Counted from the first letter of the whole stretch, positions 13,472-25,039 are shown. The stretch: 63,528 bases of DNA, filler included, from Octopus bimaculoides (GCF_001194135.2; 5 parts of 4 records of this genome joined end to end with filler, not necessarily neighbours in it), one strand, 5' to 3'. Notes: generated by a model from the sequence alone, not told the origin. Translations and numbers: made by a program.

Positions 13472-13680
13472 ATAAGGTGGCGAGCTAAGCAGAATCGTTA
13501 GCACCCCGGGCGAAATGCTTAGAATCTTTACATTCTAAGTTCAAATTCCGCCGAGGTCAACTTTGCCTTTTATCCTTTCGGGGTCGATAAATTAAACACC
13601 AGTTAGACACTGAGGTCGATGTAATCGACTCGTCTCCTTCCCACACGTTTTTGACCCTGTGCCTATAGCAGAAAGGATTA
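13472..13680 (+). mobile_element. SINE family A, full length with target-site duplication
   Basis: taaggtggcgagc...agttcaaattccgccgaggtcaactttgcc...tgtgcctatagcagaaagga. Flanked by ttattatggagtttta (13457-13472) and ttattatggtgtttta (13678-13693). Confidence 0.92.
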
Positions 13681-13831
13681 TTATGGTGTTTTAGTAGTTT
13701 GTGTTTGTTGCTTTCTTTCTTTTCATATTTTATTACTGAAATTCTCATTGATTGTGTGCAACAGACGTGCACGGTAATTGTCACGTGTTACTTCAATACT
13801 GTCCATGAGCTTAACTACGTCAGTACCTTTT

Positions 13832-13898
13832 GTATTATATGAGTCATACCCGATAAGTTTTCTGTGTGAAAACTTATCGGGTGTGACTCATATAATAC
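13832..13898 (+). ncRNA. 31-bp hairpin, pri-miRNA-like or MITE-derived
   Basis: gtattatatgagtcatacccgataagttttc-tgtgt-gaaaacttatcgggtgtgactcatataatac. Fully paired with one G:U. Function unproven. Confidence 0.3.
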
Positions 13899-14893
13899 TA
13901 AGAGACATCAGTAGCTGTTCGTGCTGACACTACTTTTAAATCAATATTGTGAAAGATCCCAATCATGATCGATATTTTGAGATCCTAGTTTATGTCTTTA
14001 CATTTATGTCTTTCTTTTTTCAATTTTTTTTTTTTTTTTTTTTTTNNNNNNNNNNNNNNNNNNNNNNNNNNNNNNNNNNNNNNNNNNNNNNNNNNNNNNN
14101 NNNNNNNNNNNNNNNNNNNNNNNNNNNNNNNNNNNNNNNNNNNNNNNNNNNNNNNNNNNNNNNNNNNNNNNNNNNNNNNNNNNNNNNNNNNNNNNNNNNN
14201 NNNNNNNNNNNNNNNNNNNNNNNNNNNNNNNNNNNNNNNNNNNNNNNNNNNNNNNNNNNNNNNNNNNNNNNNNNNNNNNNNNNNNNNNNNNNNNNNNNNN
14301 NNNNNNNNNNNNNNNNNNNNNNNNNNNNNNNNNNNNNNNNNNNNNNNNNNNNNNNNNNNNNNNNNNNNNNNNNNNNNNNNNNNNNNNNNNNNNNNNNNNN
14401 NNNNNNNNNNNNNNNNNNNNNNNNNNNNNNNNNNNNNNNNNNNNNNNNNNNNNNNNNNNNNNNNNNNNNNNNNNNNNNNNNNNNNNNNNNNNNNNNNNNN
14501 NNNNNNNNNNNNNNNNNNNNNNNNNNNNNNNNNNNNNNNNNNNNNNNNNNNNNNNNNNNNNNNNNNNNNNNNNNNNNNNNNNNNNNNNNNNNNNNNNNNN
14601 NNNNNNNNNNNNNNNNNNNNNNNNNNNNNNNNNNNNNNNNNNNNNNNNNNNNNNNNNNNNNNNNNNNNNNNNNNNNNNNNNNNNNNNNNNNNNNNNNNNN
14701 NNNNNNNNNNNNNNNNNNNNNNNNNNNNNNNNNNNNNNNNNNNNNNNNNNNNNNNNNNNNNNNNNNNNNNNNNNNNNNNNNNNNNNNNNNNNNNNNNNNN
14801 NNNNNNNNNNNNNNNNNNNNNNNNNNNNNNNNNNNNNNNNNNNNNNNNNNNNNNNNNNNNNNNNNNNNNNNNNNNNNNNNNNNNNNNNNNNNN

Positions 14894-16199
14894 CAGTGAT
14901 ACCTCGCAATACGAGTTTAATTCGTTCCATGACCGAGCTCGTTTTACGATTTACTCGCTTCACAAATCAATTTTCTTCATTGAAATTAATTCAAGTATAA
15001 TTAATCGGTTCCAGGCCCCCAAAACCACCCAAAAATCTTTTTTTATGTGTTTTAAAACAGAAAAGATGCAGATACAAGGAAAATGACAATTATAAAAACA
15101 TAATAAAAGAGAATGCAAAAGAAATGCGTAAACTGGTTTTATTGATTTAATTACTTTAAAGATGGGACGATTTGTGCGCGAGGACGACGATGAAGCGGGA
15201 GGAGGAGAAGGATTGCTTGGAAGGAGAATCTCCTTTCACTAAGTCTTCAGGATGAACAATTTCTGGCGTTTTCTCTCTCATTTCGTTTAATTTAGGTTTT
15301 TTGAACACACTTTCTTCACTTTTCACACTTGCAGGTCGTTTCATTAGAAATATATCAAGAGAAGTCTTCTTTTTCCTGCCTTTCAAAATGTTACGAAAAT
15401 GTGTCAGGGCAGTGTCATTAAATAAAGCAGCTGCATGACCCGTAGATATTTTTTCAGGATGATATCTTTCTACAAATTCAGAAACATACTGTCACTTTGC
15501 CAACACCGCCTTTATGTCAGTTGTAGAGATAGCCTTCTCCGCTACACTGTCCTCCTCCTGGGAACCAATCTCTTCCACCGCATCCGAATGCTGCTGCTCT
15601 TGAAGCTGCAGGAGTTCATCTGTCGTCAGCTTCTCTGAGTATTCCTCGACGAGATCTTTAATGTCCCCATCGTCAACATCGGGGCTCATGGACTTACCAA
15701 GAGACACTGCCTTCTCGACTACAGGTGTCTCAGACTCAAACTCATCGAAGTCTCTTTCGGATACGCAGTCAGGTCACAGTTATCTCCATGCAGAATTCAG
15801 GGTTCTCCTCGTTACACCCTGCAAGTCTATATCGATTTTTCAGGCAGTTAATGTTGTAGTGTTCCTTCTAAAACTCACGAAAGGTTAGATTTGTATTTTC
15901 GGTGACTTCAAAGCACCGACGAAACAAGTGTTTGGTGTACAATTTCTTAAAATTAGACATCATCAGTTGGTCCATAGGCTGCAAGACAGGGGTGGTGGTG
16001 CGTGAAAGGTACAGAACTTTTATGAATTTAAATTCGTCCAGGATATCATTTTCGAAGTTGGGGTGAACAGGAGCAATGTCGAGGAAGAGGTTGACCTTAA
16101 AAGGAAGACCGTTCTCCAGAAGGTACTTTTTCATTGCTGGTCTGAAGATAACTCGGTGAAGAATTACTTGGTGACTAAGACTTTAATGTCTGCCTCCAC
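14894..16199 (-). mobile_element. Tigger (pogo superfamily) DNA transposon, 3' two-thirds, pseudogenised
   Basis: Terminal CAGTGATACCTCG at 14894. Minus-strand ORFs LLENGLPFKVNLFLDIAPVHP...TTPVLQPMDQLMMSNFKKLYTKHLFRRC, VDDGDIKDLVEEYSEKLTTDELLQL and KGRKKKTSLDIFLMKRP are typical Tigger DDE and C-terminal segments. The other end is lost in the gap. Confidence 0.92.
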
Positions 16200-16243
16200 N
16201 NNNNNNNNNNNNNNNNNNNNNNNNNNNNNNNNNNNNNNNNNNN

Positions 16244-16255
16244 TTAATTAATTAA
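16244..16255. other. Assembly linker TTAATTAATTAA between N runs (also 33847-33858, 54965-54976, 61406-61417)
   Basis: Identical six-frame-stop palindrome embedded in about 100-nt N blocks four times. Confidence 0.95.
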
Positions 16256-16299
16256 NNNNNNNNNNNNNNNNNNNNNNNNNNNNNNNNNNNNNNNNNNNN

Positions 16300-17130
16300 C
16301 ACCATCACTACTACCACCACTACCACTACCACTGCCACCGCTTCTACCACCATCACTACTACCACCACTACCACTACCACTGCCACCGCTTCTACCACCA
16401 TCGCTACAACCACCGTTGCCACCACTGCCACCGCCTCTACTACCATCACTACTGATACTGCTATCACTAACATGGTAACTGCTGCCACTACTACCAGCAC
16501 TACTAAATCATCCACCACTATGTCACTACTGCCACCACCACCACCACCATCACTATCACCACCAGAATTTATCAACATAACTGGTACGACCACCAAAGCG
16601 TCAACTAAGTTATCGACATCAGTGGCACATCTCCCCCATCAGTGGCACATCAACATCCCCACCTGACAAGCAACATGAACGCTATTGTCAACGTCATACC
16701 ACCGCCGCAGCTATCTTTTCCACCACCACAAACACTACCACCATCACAATCATCATTAACACAACTTTCTCTTTCAACAACAGCAGCATCATCATTATCA
16801 CTACCATCGTAACGCATGCATCAAATGGGATGGTCACGGTCAAAATGGACAATAATCGCACTTCATTGCGAACAGAGCTGACCTGGAGGGCTAAACGAAA
16901 ACAGCAGCACGACCGCCAGTGTCACACTACGAGACCTTCTGATGCCCAATCAACACAAACACCATTATGACGACGCCGCCATCATTACTCCCACAACATT
17001 CAACAAAACAACGAAAAAAAAACACATCCCCAACACCATTACCACTACTACCATCACCACCACCACCACCAATATCACCACCACTACTACCATTTGCACT
17101 CCACGCTCACACACTCACGAAGCTACGTCA
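16300..17130. repeat. Degenerate (ACC/ACT/CAT)n trinucleotide low-complexity tract
   Basis: Directly visible; 48-bp higher-order units start at 16301, 16349 and 16397. Confidence 0.9.
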
Positions 17131-17290
17131 CTTTTACTCATTTATCCTCCCACCGTTCAATCGTTACTATAATCATCCCTGCCACTTATTGTACTCCCCA
17201 CACATTCATCTACGATCGACCTCCAAAAGCTATTTAACAATAGAAGACATCCCTGCCTCCTTCGCAAACCTATTACTTTCGTTCTCGTAC

Positions 17291-17321
<31 letters not shown>

Positions 17322-17479
17322 TTACACCCCACTCTTTCTCTTTCCTCTCTCTACATCCGCTCTCTCCTTTTACCCGTTCAATTGTTCATTTTCTTTGCCA
17401 ACTTTTATTTCTCTTACCCTTTTTATATTCTTGTCATTTAGTAACCACTCTTTGTTTACATTATCAATCGTCTCTCTCG

Positions 17480-17514
<35 letters not shown>

Positions 17515-17783
17515 GTTACTTCTGCCTTCTATCTCATGTTCTTTCTGTTTGCAGTTTCTTCTCTATTTTCCTCTTCAAATATGATCAACTTCCTCCCTTT
17601 CGGTTCCTCGTCTCCCTCAATATTTATCCAACTCTCTCAATCCAGCTCGACTCACACCTAATTTATCAATGTACTACGATACATTTTCCCTCTCACAGCA
17701 TTTTAAGCCAGCCACGTCCTACTTCATTGTGACATCATTTACATTCTCCTCTTCTCGTTCACTACTTCCATATTTCTTTACCA

Positions 17784-17820
<37 letters not shown>

Positions 17821-18049
17821 AGTAGTAGTAGTAGCGGCGGCTGTCGTCGTCTCAGCCTCGTTGTTGATGGTTTGTCAGAGTTTCTTAACACCAGCGCAAA
17901 TCTATCATCCTTGATAGAGTGAGCGAAGTGAAGGCTACAATTTATTTTATCAACAACGAAAAGACTAAAAGAACAAACCAAATTTTTTCCAGGATTTAAA
18001 CTCAGAAGAAAGAAATGTTGAAACGATGAAATACTGCCACTCATTTTCC

Positions 18050-18190
18050 TCGGCCTCTATAAAGGGCAATAACGGTTTCTGATTGAGGCATAAAGTCCGG
18101 CGGAATTTGAACTCAGAATGTAATGCCTAACAGAATGTCGTTAAGGATATTGTTCGGCGTGTTAACGGTTCTGCCAGCTCACCGCCTTAT
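18050..18190 (-). mobile_element. SINE family A, internally deleted
   Basis: ggcggaatttgaactcagaatg...gttaacggttctgccagctcaccgcctta. Confidence 0.8.
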
Positions 18191-18204
18191 TATTATCATC
18201 ATCA

Positions 18205-18263
<59 letters not shown>

Positions 18264-18290
18264 AATAATAATAAGAAGAAGAAGAAGAAG

Positions 18291-18830
18291 AAGAAGAGTG
18301 CGACTGTTATGGAATGAAAACAATATTTCGACATCTTGTGTGTCTTTCACATTTTGGACCTGTAGAAGATAACAGTCGCACTCGTCTTATTGTATCTTTG
18401 CTTACCGGGGGAGTAACATTAATCCTTTAAATAATAATAAAGCGAAGTTGCTTACTTATCGACCCATCATGCCCGTTTGATTCCAGGATTGTAAAGAAAA
18501 AGAGAGAGAAAAAATCAACCCCTTAAAATCTGAAATAGGGAGAATTTGGAACATGAGAACAGTAAAGGTTATGCCTATAATAATTGGTGCATTGGGAATA
18601 CTAAGTCAAGAAATTGACAAATGGCTGAAGGAGATTGGAACAGAATACTCGGTAGAGCTCCTACAGAAAGTGTGTCTCTTAGGGACGGCACGGATTATCA
18701 GAAGGGTCCTAGGCACTTGACTGTTGAAAACTTGCAGATACCTAAGGTTACAAATAGTAACACGCTATCTACATAATCCCTACCAGGAATAAGACTGAAC
18801 CTGAGACAAATCAAAATCATGGGCCGGGTT
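18291..18830 (+). mobile_element. Non-LTR retrotransposon 3' end with restriction-like endonuclease (R4/Dong- or HERO-like)
   Basis: CLLIDPSCPFDSRIV...LKSEIGRIWNMRTVKVMPIIIGALGILSQEIDKWLKEIG...LLQKVCLLGTARIIRRVLGT* (stop at 18718-18720). Sits beside (AAT)n(AAG)n. Confidence 0.85.
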
Positions 18831-19111
18831 TCCCGGTTTCTTTGGTGTATGTGTCCCCCTCCGCACAGCTGGACGGGACGCCAGTCCATCGCAGCGTTAT
18901 TCAAGATATAGGAAGAAAGAGTGAGAGAAAGTTGGGGCGAAAGAATACAACAGGGGTTGCCACCAACCCCTGCCGGAGTCTCGTGGAGCTTTAGGTGTTT
19001 TCGCTCAATAAACACACACACACACACACACAATGCCCGGTCTTGGAATCGAAACCGCGATCCTCCGACCGCGAGTCGGCTGCCCTAACCACTGGGCCAT
19101 TGCGCCTCCAC
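18830..19111 (-). mobile_element. tRNA-headed SINE family C, variant body 1
   Basis: Reverse strand begins gtggaggcgcaatggcccagtggttagggcagc...ggtttcgattcc (A and B boxes), the same head as 32002. The body contains gctgcgatggactggcgtcccgtccag. Confidence 0.88.
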
Positions 19112-19844
19112 ATATAAACTACTGCATTTTATAAATTCATGGTTATACATCTTTCCTACTCTTCTACTTGCTGTGTTCTGGAAAATTTCGTCGAACAAGC
19201 AATCAACAATATTCTCGTGTGACACACGGCGTACATTTTCTTTCCTTGTTCTGGCTTAAGTCAGGTAGATAAGTTTTTTCAACAATGCTTGCAAGGAGCA
19301 GAGATTTCTTGTTTCGTTAGTCGTGGATAATCGTTCCGATTTATTTTAGATTGTTGGGATTCAAAATAATTTCTCAAATTATTTTTTCCTTTTTTTTTTT
19401 AATTGTACAAGCGTGCTACAACTTGTTTTGTCTAAATGTTCAATGTCTTTGCCTTTTCTCTGGCATATCAGGAAAACAATTTGCAGAAAAACATTTTCGG
19501 GGTGTGTCTGTTTACTTCACAGAAGCCGCAGTTGCTGCCAGTCTGGCCAATACATTTACCTACTATTTGTGGGCTTACCGTTTCTTCATGGGTTTGAATA
19601 TTGCATATAGCTATTTATCAAATACATTTACACATCATGAATTGTCCTAAAGCAAAAAAAAAAAAAATTCTCCGACTCTATTTTACAGACTGGATTACAA
19701 AAAATGCTTTATGCAAAACGGGAACAAAATGACCGTTTTGTGCAAGGTAGTCTGGTAAAAATATTGATAATTTGTTCGGGAGCTCTGACAAAGGCATCCG
19801 TTCACTTCAACAAACAGCAATGTTAATGATGACGATGATAATGT

Positions 19845-19875
<31 letters not shown>

Positions 19876-20166
19876 GATGATGATGGTGATGAAGATGATG
19901 AAGATGATGATGATGATAAAAATGACGAAAATAAACAGCAACAAGAACAGCGAACAATGATAATAAGAATAATGTCGCCGTCGCTTTTTGTTGTAGTTAT
20001 AAACGGATTTATGGAAGAGCTTCAAATGAAATACTATATCGTGTCATGCGGCAGATCTGCTATAAATCAGTGTACTTCGTTTCTTCTAAAAACACGATGA
20101 ATCAGAAATAATTCAGTTCTTTGTTTGTTTGTTTGCTTGTGTTTTTGTTTTTTTTCAAAAATGGTA

Positions 20167-20218
<52 letters not shown>

Positions 20219-20770
20219 TAATAATAACAATAGGGTATACATAAATGAAAATACTTTTTGCAACTTCTAACAACGTATGCAGTAACATCTAATATGTAAG
20301 TCTAAGTATTTCACACAAACATATTCTGGGATAATTGAAAAAAAAAGAAAAAAAACGAATATAAAACACTTGAAATCATAAACATCAAAGGCACACCGTT
20401 TCTACTGAACAATATTATTGAGAAACTTACAGAAAATTATTTAATATTTATTAAAAACAAGAAAACAACCAGAACTGTATGATTTGTAAATACACATAAG
20501 CTTTTATAAACTTTTAATAAAAACAAGGGGAGAAAGCACTATATTTACAACTTGCTACTAAAACGAACCGTGTTAAATAAAACTAGGAGTTAATCTACAT
20601 ATAATTCCTACTAAATTGAAAGCTCGTTTCATAAAGGTCAAGCAGAACGTTGAGAGCAAGCATGAGATCAGTCAATGTGCCCTTACGAATTTATGGAAAT
20701 CTCCCTTCTTTCCGTGGCTAAAGTATTTTCAATGTCACCTAAAATAACCAAATGATACTCTTTATTCTCT

Positions 20771-21025
20771 TTTACTCTTTTATTTGTTTCAGTCATTTGA
20801 CTGCGACCATGCTGGAGCACCGCCTTTGGTCCCAGCAAATCGACCCCGGGACTTATTCTTTGTGAACCTAGTACTTATTCTATCGGTCTCTTATGCCGAA
20901 CCGCTAAGTTACGGGGACGTAAACACACCAGCATCGGATGTCAAGCAATGTTTGGGGGACAAACACAGACACACAAACACAGACACATAAACACAGACAC
21001 ATATGCATATACATATACATATATG
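20771..21025 (-). mobile_element. SINE family B, 3' half
   Basis: tgtttcagtcatttgactgcgaccatgctggagcaccgcc...ccgaaccgctaagttacggggacgtaaacacacc...gggggacaaacacagacac. Confidence 0.9.
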
Positions 21026-21029
21026 GGAG

Positions 21030-21205
21030 AATATACAAATAATAACAACAGACGAGGACAGGTGGTGTAAATAACAAAAGGATATATTAGTATGACGCTC
21101 GGGAATACGGAAAGTCTTTGACGTTTCGAGCTACGCTCTTCAACAGAAAGAATACGGAGACAAGGAGAAAAACACGGAGAAAAAAAATTCGGAGAAAAAA
21201 AATTG
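21030..21205 (-). mobile_element. Penelope-like pseudo-LTR fragment inserted into the SINE
   Basis: SINE B sequence resumes after it (tatatacaacgggcttctttcagttt at 21206-21231). It carries a minimal hammerhead-like motif typical of PLE pLTRs. Confidence 0.6.
21115..21151 (-). ncRNA. Minimal type-I hammerhead-ribozyme-like motif with A6U core substitution
   Basis: Minus strand reads TCTTT-CTGTTGA-A-GAGC-GTA-GCTC-GAAA-CG-TC-AAAGA. Stem I is 5 bp, stem II is 4 bp, stem III is the palindrome ACGT, and the cleavage triplet is GUC. Confidence 0.5.
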
Positions 21206-21231
21206 TATATACAACGGGCTTCTTTCAGTTT

Positions 21232-21324
21232 ACAAAAGAATAAGTCCTGGGGTCGATTTGCTCGACTAAAGGCGGTGCTCCAGCATGGCCACAGTCAAAT
21301 GAGTGAAACAAGTAAAAGAGTAAA
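21232..21324 (+). mobile_element. SINE family B tail in inverted orientation
   Basis: Reverse complement of 20771-20863 at roughly 90% identity by eye. Confidence 0.88.
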
Positions 21325-22530
21325 TAGAGCTGAATGAGGTTTCAAGATTTGTTTATAAAACTAAATAAAAACGTAACACTTGATAACATCTCCGAGATTT
21401 CAATATTTTTAACATGAATACTTAACAAAATATATGCTTTCATATACACACAAAGCAGAGGAACAATCTTTCTTATGAATAAAGAATTCCCTCACAATCG
21501 GAGATCAGCATATATCGTATTTTCGCTAATGGCTTTCTTTTGCTTTCACTCCGGAAAAGATGGCGGCAGATACTTATACCAACTTAAGATCTACAGAAAT
21601 TTGAAGACAGGTGTTTAAGAATATGTAAGAAGTGTATTACTGCACCAGGAGAATCATTGACAACATTTATAACTAGTATAAAGATTATAGAAAAATACAT
21701 TCTAACACATATAAGAATTGGAAGCTGATGAAACGGATTGATAGCTATGAGTCAGGAAAATAAAGAATACAAAATAAAAGATGAACATGTTTGACTAAAA
21801 TATGAAGACCTATTGAAGAAATGGCACTACTGATCACTTGATCTACATGGAGCTTTATCTTTATTTCATTAATTACAATAAAGTTTGTTATGGGTTTTGT
21901 TGTTGTTGCTGCTGCTGTTATTGCTATTGTTGTTGTTGCTGTTGTTATTGTTGTTGTTGTTGTGTAGCCCAGTTCAGCTTTGATATTGCAAATCTATGAT
22001 TGAAAGTGTTCCACTTTTGAACTACTCTTCACTTCGTATTTTGTCACTAATTTGCATAAGCATAGATTAGTTTCAATCGTATTAAATTGTTTGTTGTACA
22101 TCGTAGTTAGTTATTTTATTCGTAACAAACTGTAACCCTGATAGGTCTAGGTCTGGCTTCGTAAAAGAACATCCTGTAAACGATGATGATGATGACTATG
22201 AAGACGAAGAAGAAGAAGAAGAAGAAGAAGAAGAAGAAGAAGCTGTTTCTAAATTACATACAAGACTAGTAATTTTGAAGGGATTAGCCGATAGGATCAA
22301 CCCTAGTAATTGTCTGTTAGTTTGTCTTATCAACACATAAAGGATGAAAATCTAAAGTACCCCTGCCGGGATTTGAACTTAGAATGTAACAATCCGGAAC
22401 AAATAGCGCAATATATGTTTTTCCCATGCAATTAATATTCTACCAATACAGTCTAACATATCATCAATAGCAATAAAAACAACAGTAACAACAAAGGTTA
22501 TACTGATAATTATTATAATTAATGAATCGG

Positions 22531-23160
22531 TATAAGGTGGCGAGCTGGCAGAATCGTTAGCACGCCGGACGAAATACTTATCGATATTTCATCTATCGTT
22601 ACGTTCTGAGTTCAAATTCCGCCGAGGTCGACTTTGCCTTTCATCCTTTCGGGAACGATAAATTAAGTACCAGTTACGCACTGGAGTCGATGTAATCGAC
22701 TTAATCTCTTTGTCTGTCCTTGTTTGTCCCCTCTATGTTTAACCCCTTGTGGTCTTATAAAGAAATAAGAATCATTAGCACACCGGGCGAAATGCTTAGC
22801 GGTATTTCATCTGCCGCTATGTTCTGAGCTCAAATTCCGCCGAGGTCGACTTCGTTTTTCATTTTTTCAGGGTCTATAAATTCAGTACCAGTGAAACACT
22901 GATGTCGATGTAATCGCCTATAATTTCAGGCCTTGCGGCTATAGTAGAATGGTTTATCAATGAATCGTTATGACGCCGGGAAAAATGCTTAGCAGCATTT
23001 CGTCCGTCTTTACGTTCTGAGTTCAAATTCCACCGAGGTCGATTTTGCCTTTCATCCCTTCGAGGTCGATAAAATAAATTGCTGTTGAACACTGGGGTTG
23101 ATGTAAGTGACTTATTTCCCACCCCGAAATTTCTGGCCTTGAGTCAAAATCTGAAACCAT
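22531..23160 (+). mobile_element. Head-to-tail array of three SINE family A monomers
   Basis: Monomers start at about 22533, 22768 and 22962. Each contains gttctgag(t/c)tcaaattcc(g/a)ccgaggtcga. Confidence 0.92.
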
Positions 23161-25039
23161 CATCATCATCATCGTCGTCGTCGTCATCATTACAATAAGA
23201 GTACACTGAACTCGTTTATATCTACTTCAATACTTAATTGATACTTATTTCCTCCACTCTAAAGGGATGAATGTTCAAGTCAACACCAGTGGGATTTTGA
23301 ATGCTGAAGATACATAATTAAACGCTGCAAGGTATTTTGCCAAGCGCTCTACCTCCCTCCATTCTGTTGCTATCCAACACTCTATTGCCATCCAATAATA
23401 TTAAATGATTTAGTTGCCGCTGTCTGGTAGCTGTAGGTAAATGAGTTCCATAAATTGCTTCTAAAGGAACCAGCAATCCTGACAACCAATGTCTTAATAA
23501 CACTAAAACCTTTTATTTCGCCACAAAATCCTACCCCATACAACATTAGTGACCTCATTACACTTAAATCATTTACGCCACACCGCCTTCTTTATCAACA
23601 TAAACCATTCATTGTGGTATCAGACAGGAATCACATTAAGAGCCATTCCTCTGCAAAATGTCCGCCGAAACATTCCGCAAAAGCTGTGGCTGTTGTTCTA
23701 TTCACATATGCAACGTTTTTCATGTATTATTTCTGCACACAAAGCCAGCTTCCAAGAAATACACAAAAACATATTTCATTCTTGCCTTCATCAACCACTT
23801 ATCTGTCAACGGCACCCATTGTAAATCTCTGGTAATCCCTGCTCGGAAATACCGCATGTAAATGTATTCGGTATTTTTATAAGCTATTTTATGCATCGCA
23901 GTATGCTGAGAGAAGGAAGAATCAACACATCGTTCAAAGCGCCCGGAACGTTATATTTTCAACACTATTTTATGTTCTTGATTAATGTATGTAATGCCTA
24001 CTAACCCAGTCAGCATTGTAGTCAATTTGCACTGGCCTTTCACAATGCACCACTATGATATTGAGAAGGCGTATTTTTGGGCGAGTAATGCTGAATAGCA
24101 TAGATGTATCCTCCACTAGTTCTCTCCTATCTATCTTACTTTTGTTTCATACAATGAAGTACATTGTTACTGTGCTTTGTTGCAAGATTATGATGAGCTG
24201 AGGAGAAAGTGCCAACCAACATAACTGCAGGTGTTGTGATTATCACAAAGTATCCAATTTCAATCGAATTAAAAAATTCAGTGGTTCTTAGTAGTTTATT
24301 TGCGCTTGTGTTGTGGGGTGTTTTGTTAGTTTTTTATTTTTCCTTTTTACACATTTTCTTGCATATTGATGGCATTGGTTGATGATTTGCTATGAGGCAA
24401 TTAGTCGGTTCTTATAATCATCACTACAAAAGAAGTTTCCTGATGGAAGCATTCATCCGGCTGTCTTTCCAGAATGTATGGAAGATACGTGGAATAGCGA
24501 TGCTGTAGACGCACAATGCATACGCGAAATATAAATGGTCAAAAAGAAAACATCATAGATCATGGATCTCTCAGTTCAAGATTGAACTGGGACTAAATGA
24601 ATAGTGAACATCAGCAGCAGCACCACCACCAACACCACATTCACCTCCACCACCACTATCATCATCATCAAATACAACAACAGCAGCAGCAACTCATACA
24701 TGACGCTTGTAGACACGTATATATTTACATCCCTATACATAACCAAGGAGAGCACACGATGACACGCAGTTTAGCACCACTATCTGTTCCGTTAACGTTT
24801 TCCACTCGCTTTTAAGAATTCCGCCTACTACTCCTGTTTGAGAATATATAATGCGATCTTGAAATGCTCTAATACTTCAATCCATGACTCATCATTTCTT
24901 TATAAAGTTATGGAAAATATGCAAAAAACATGGGCAAGTGCCCTTCCTAATATTATTTCCGAAGACATAAAATTCCTCATGCTGTGAGCATTGAATTCTC
25001 ATACACACATACACATACGTATGCATACACACATATACA

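Noticed and set aside
16244-16255. Recurrent palindrome TTAATTAATTAA (four copies)
   Set aside because: Always centred in N blocks; a scaffolding linker, not biology.
23450-23900. LINE RT remnant (GIRQES...AETF)
   Set aside because: Only one weak motif; flanking RT motifs were not found.
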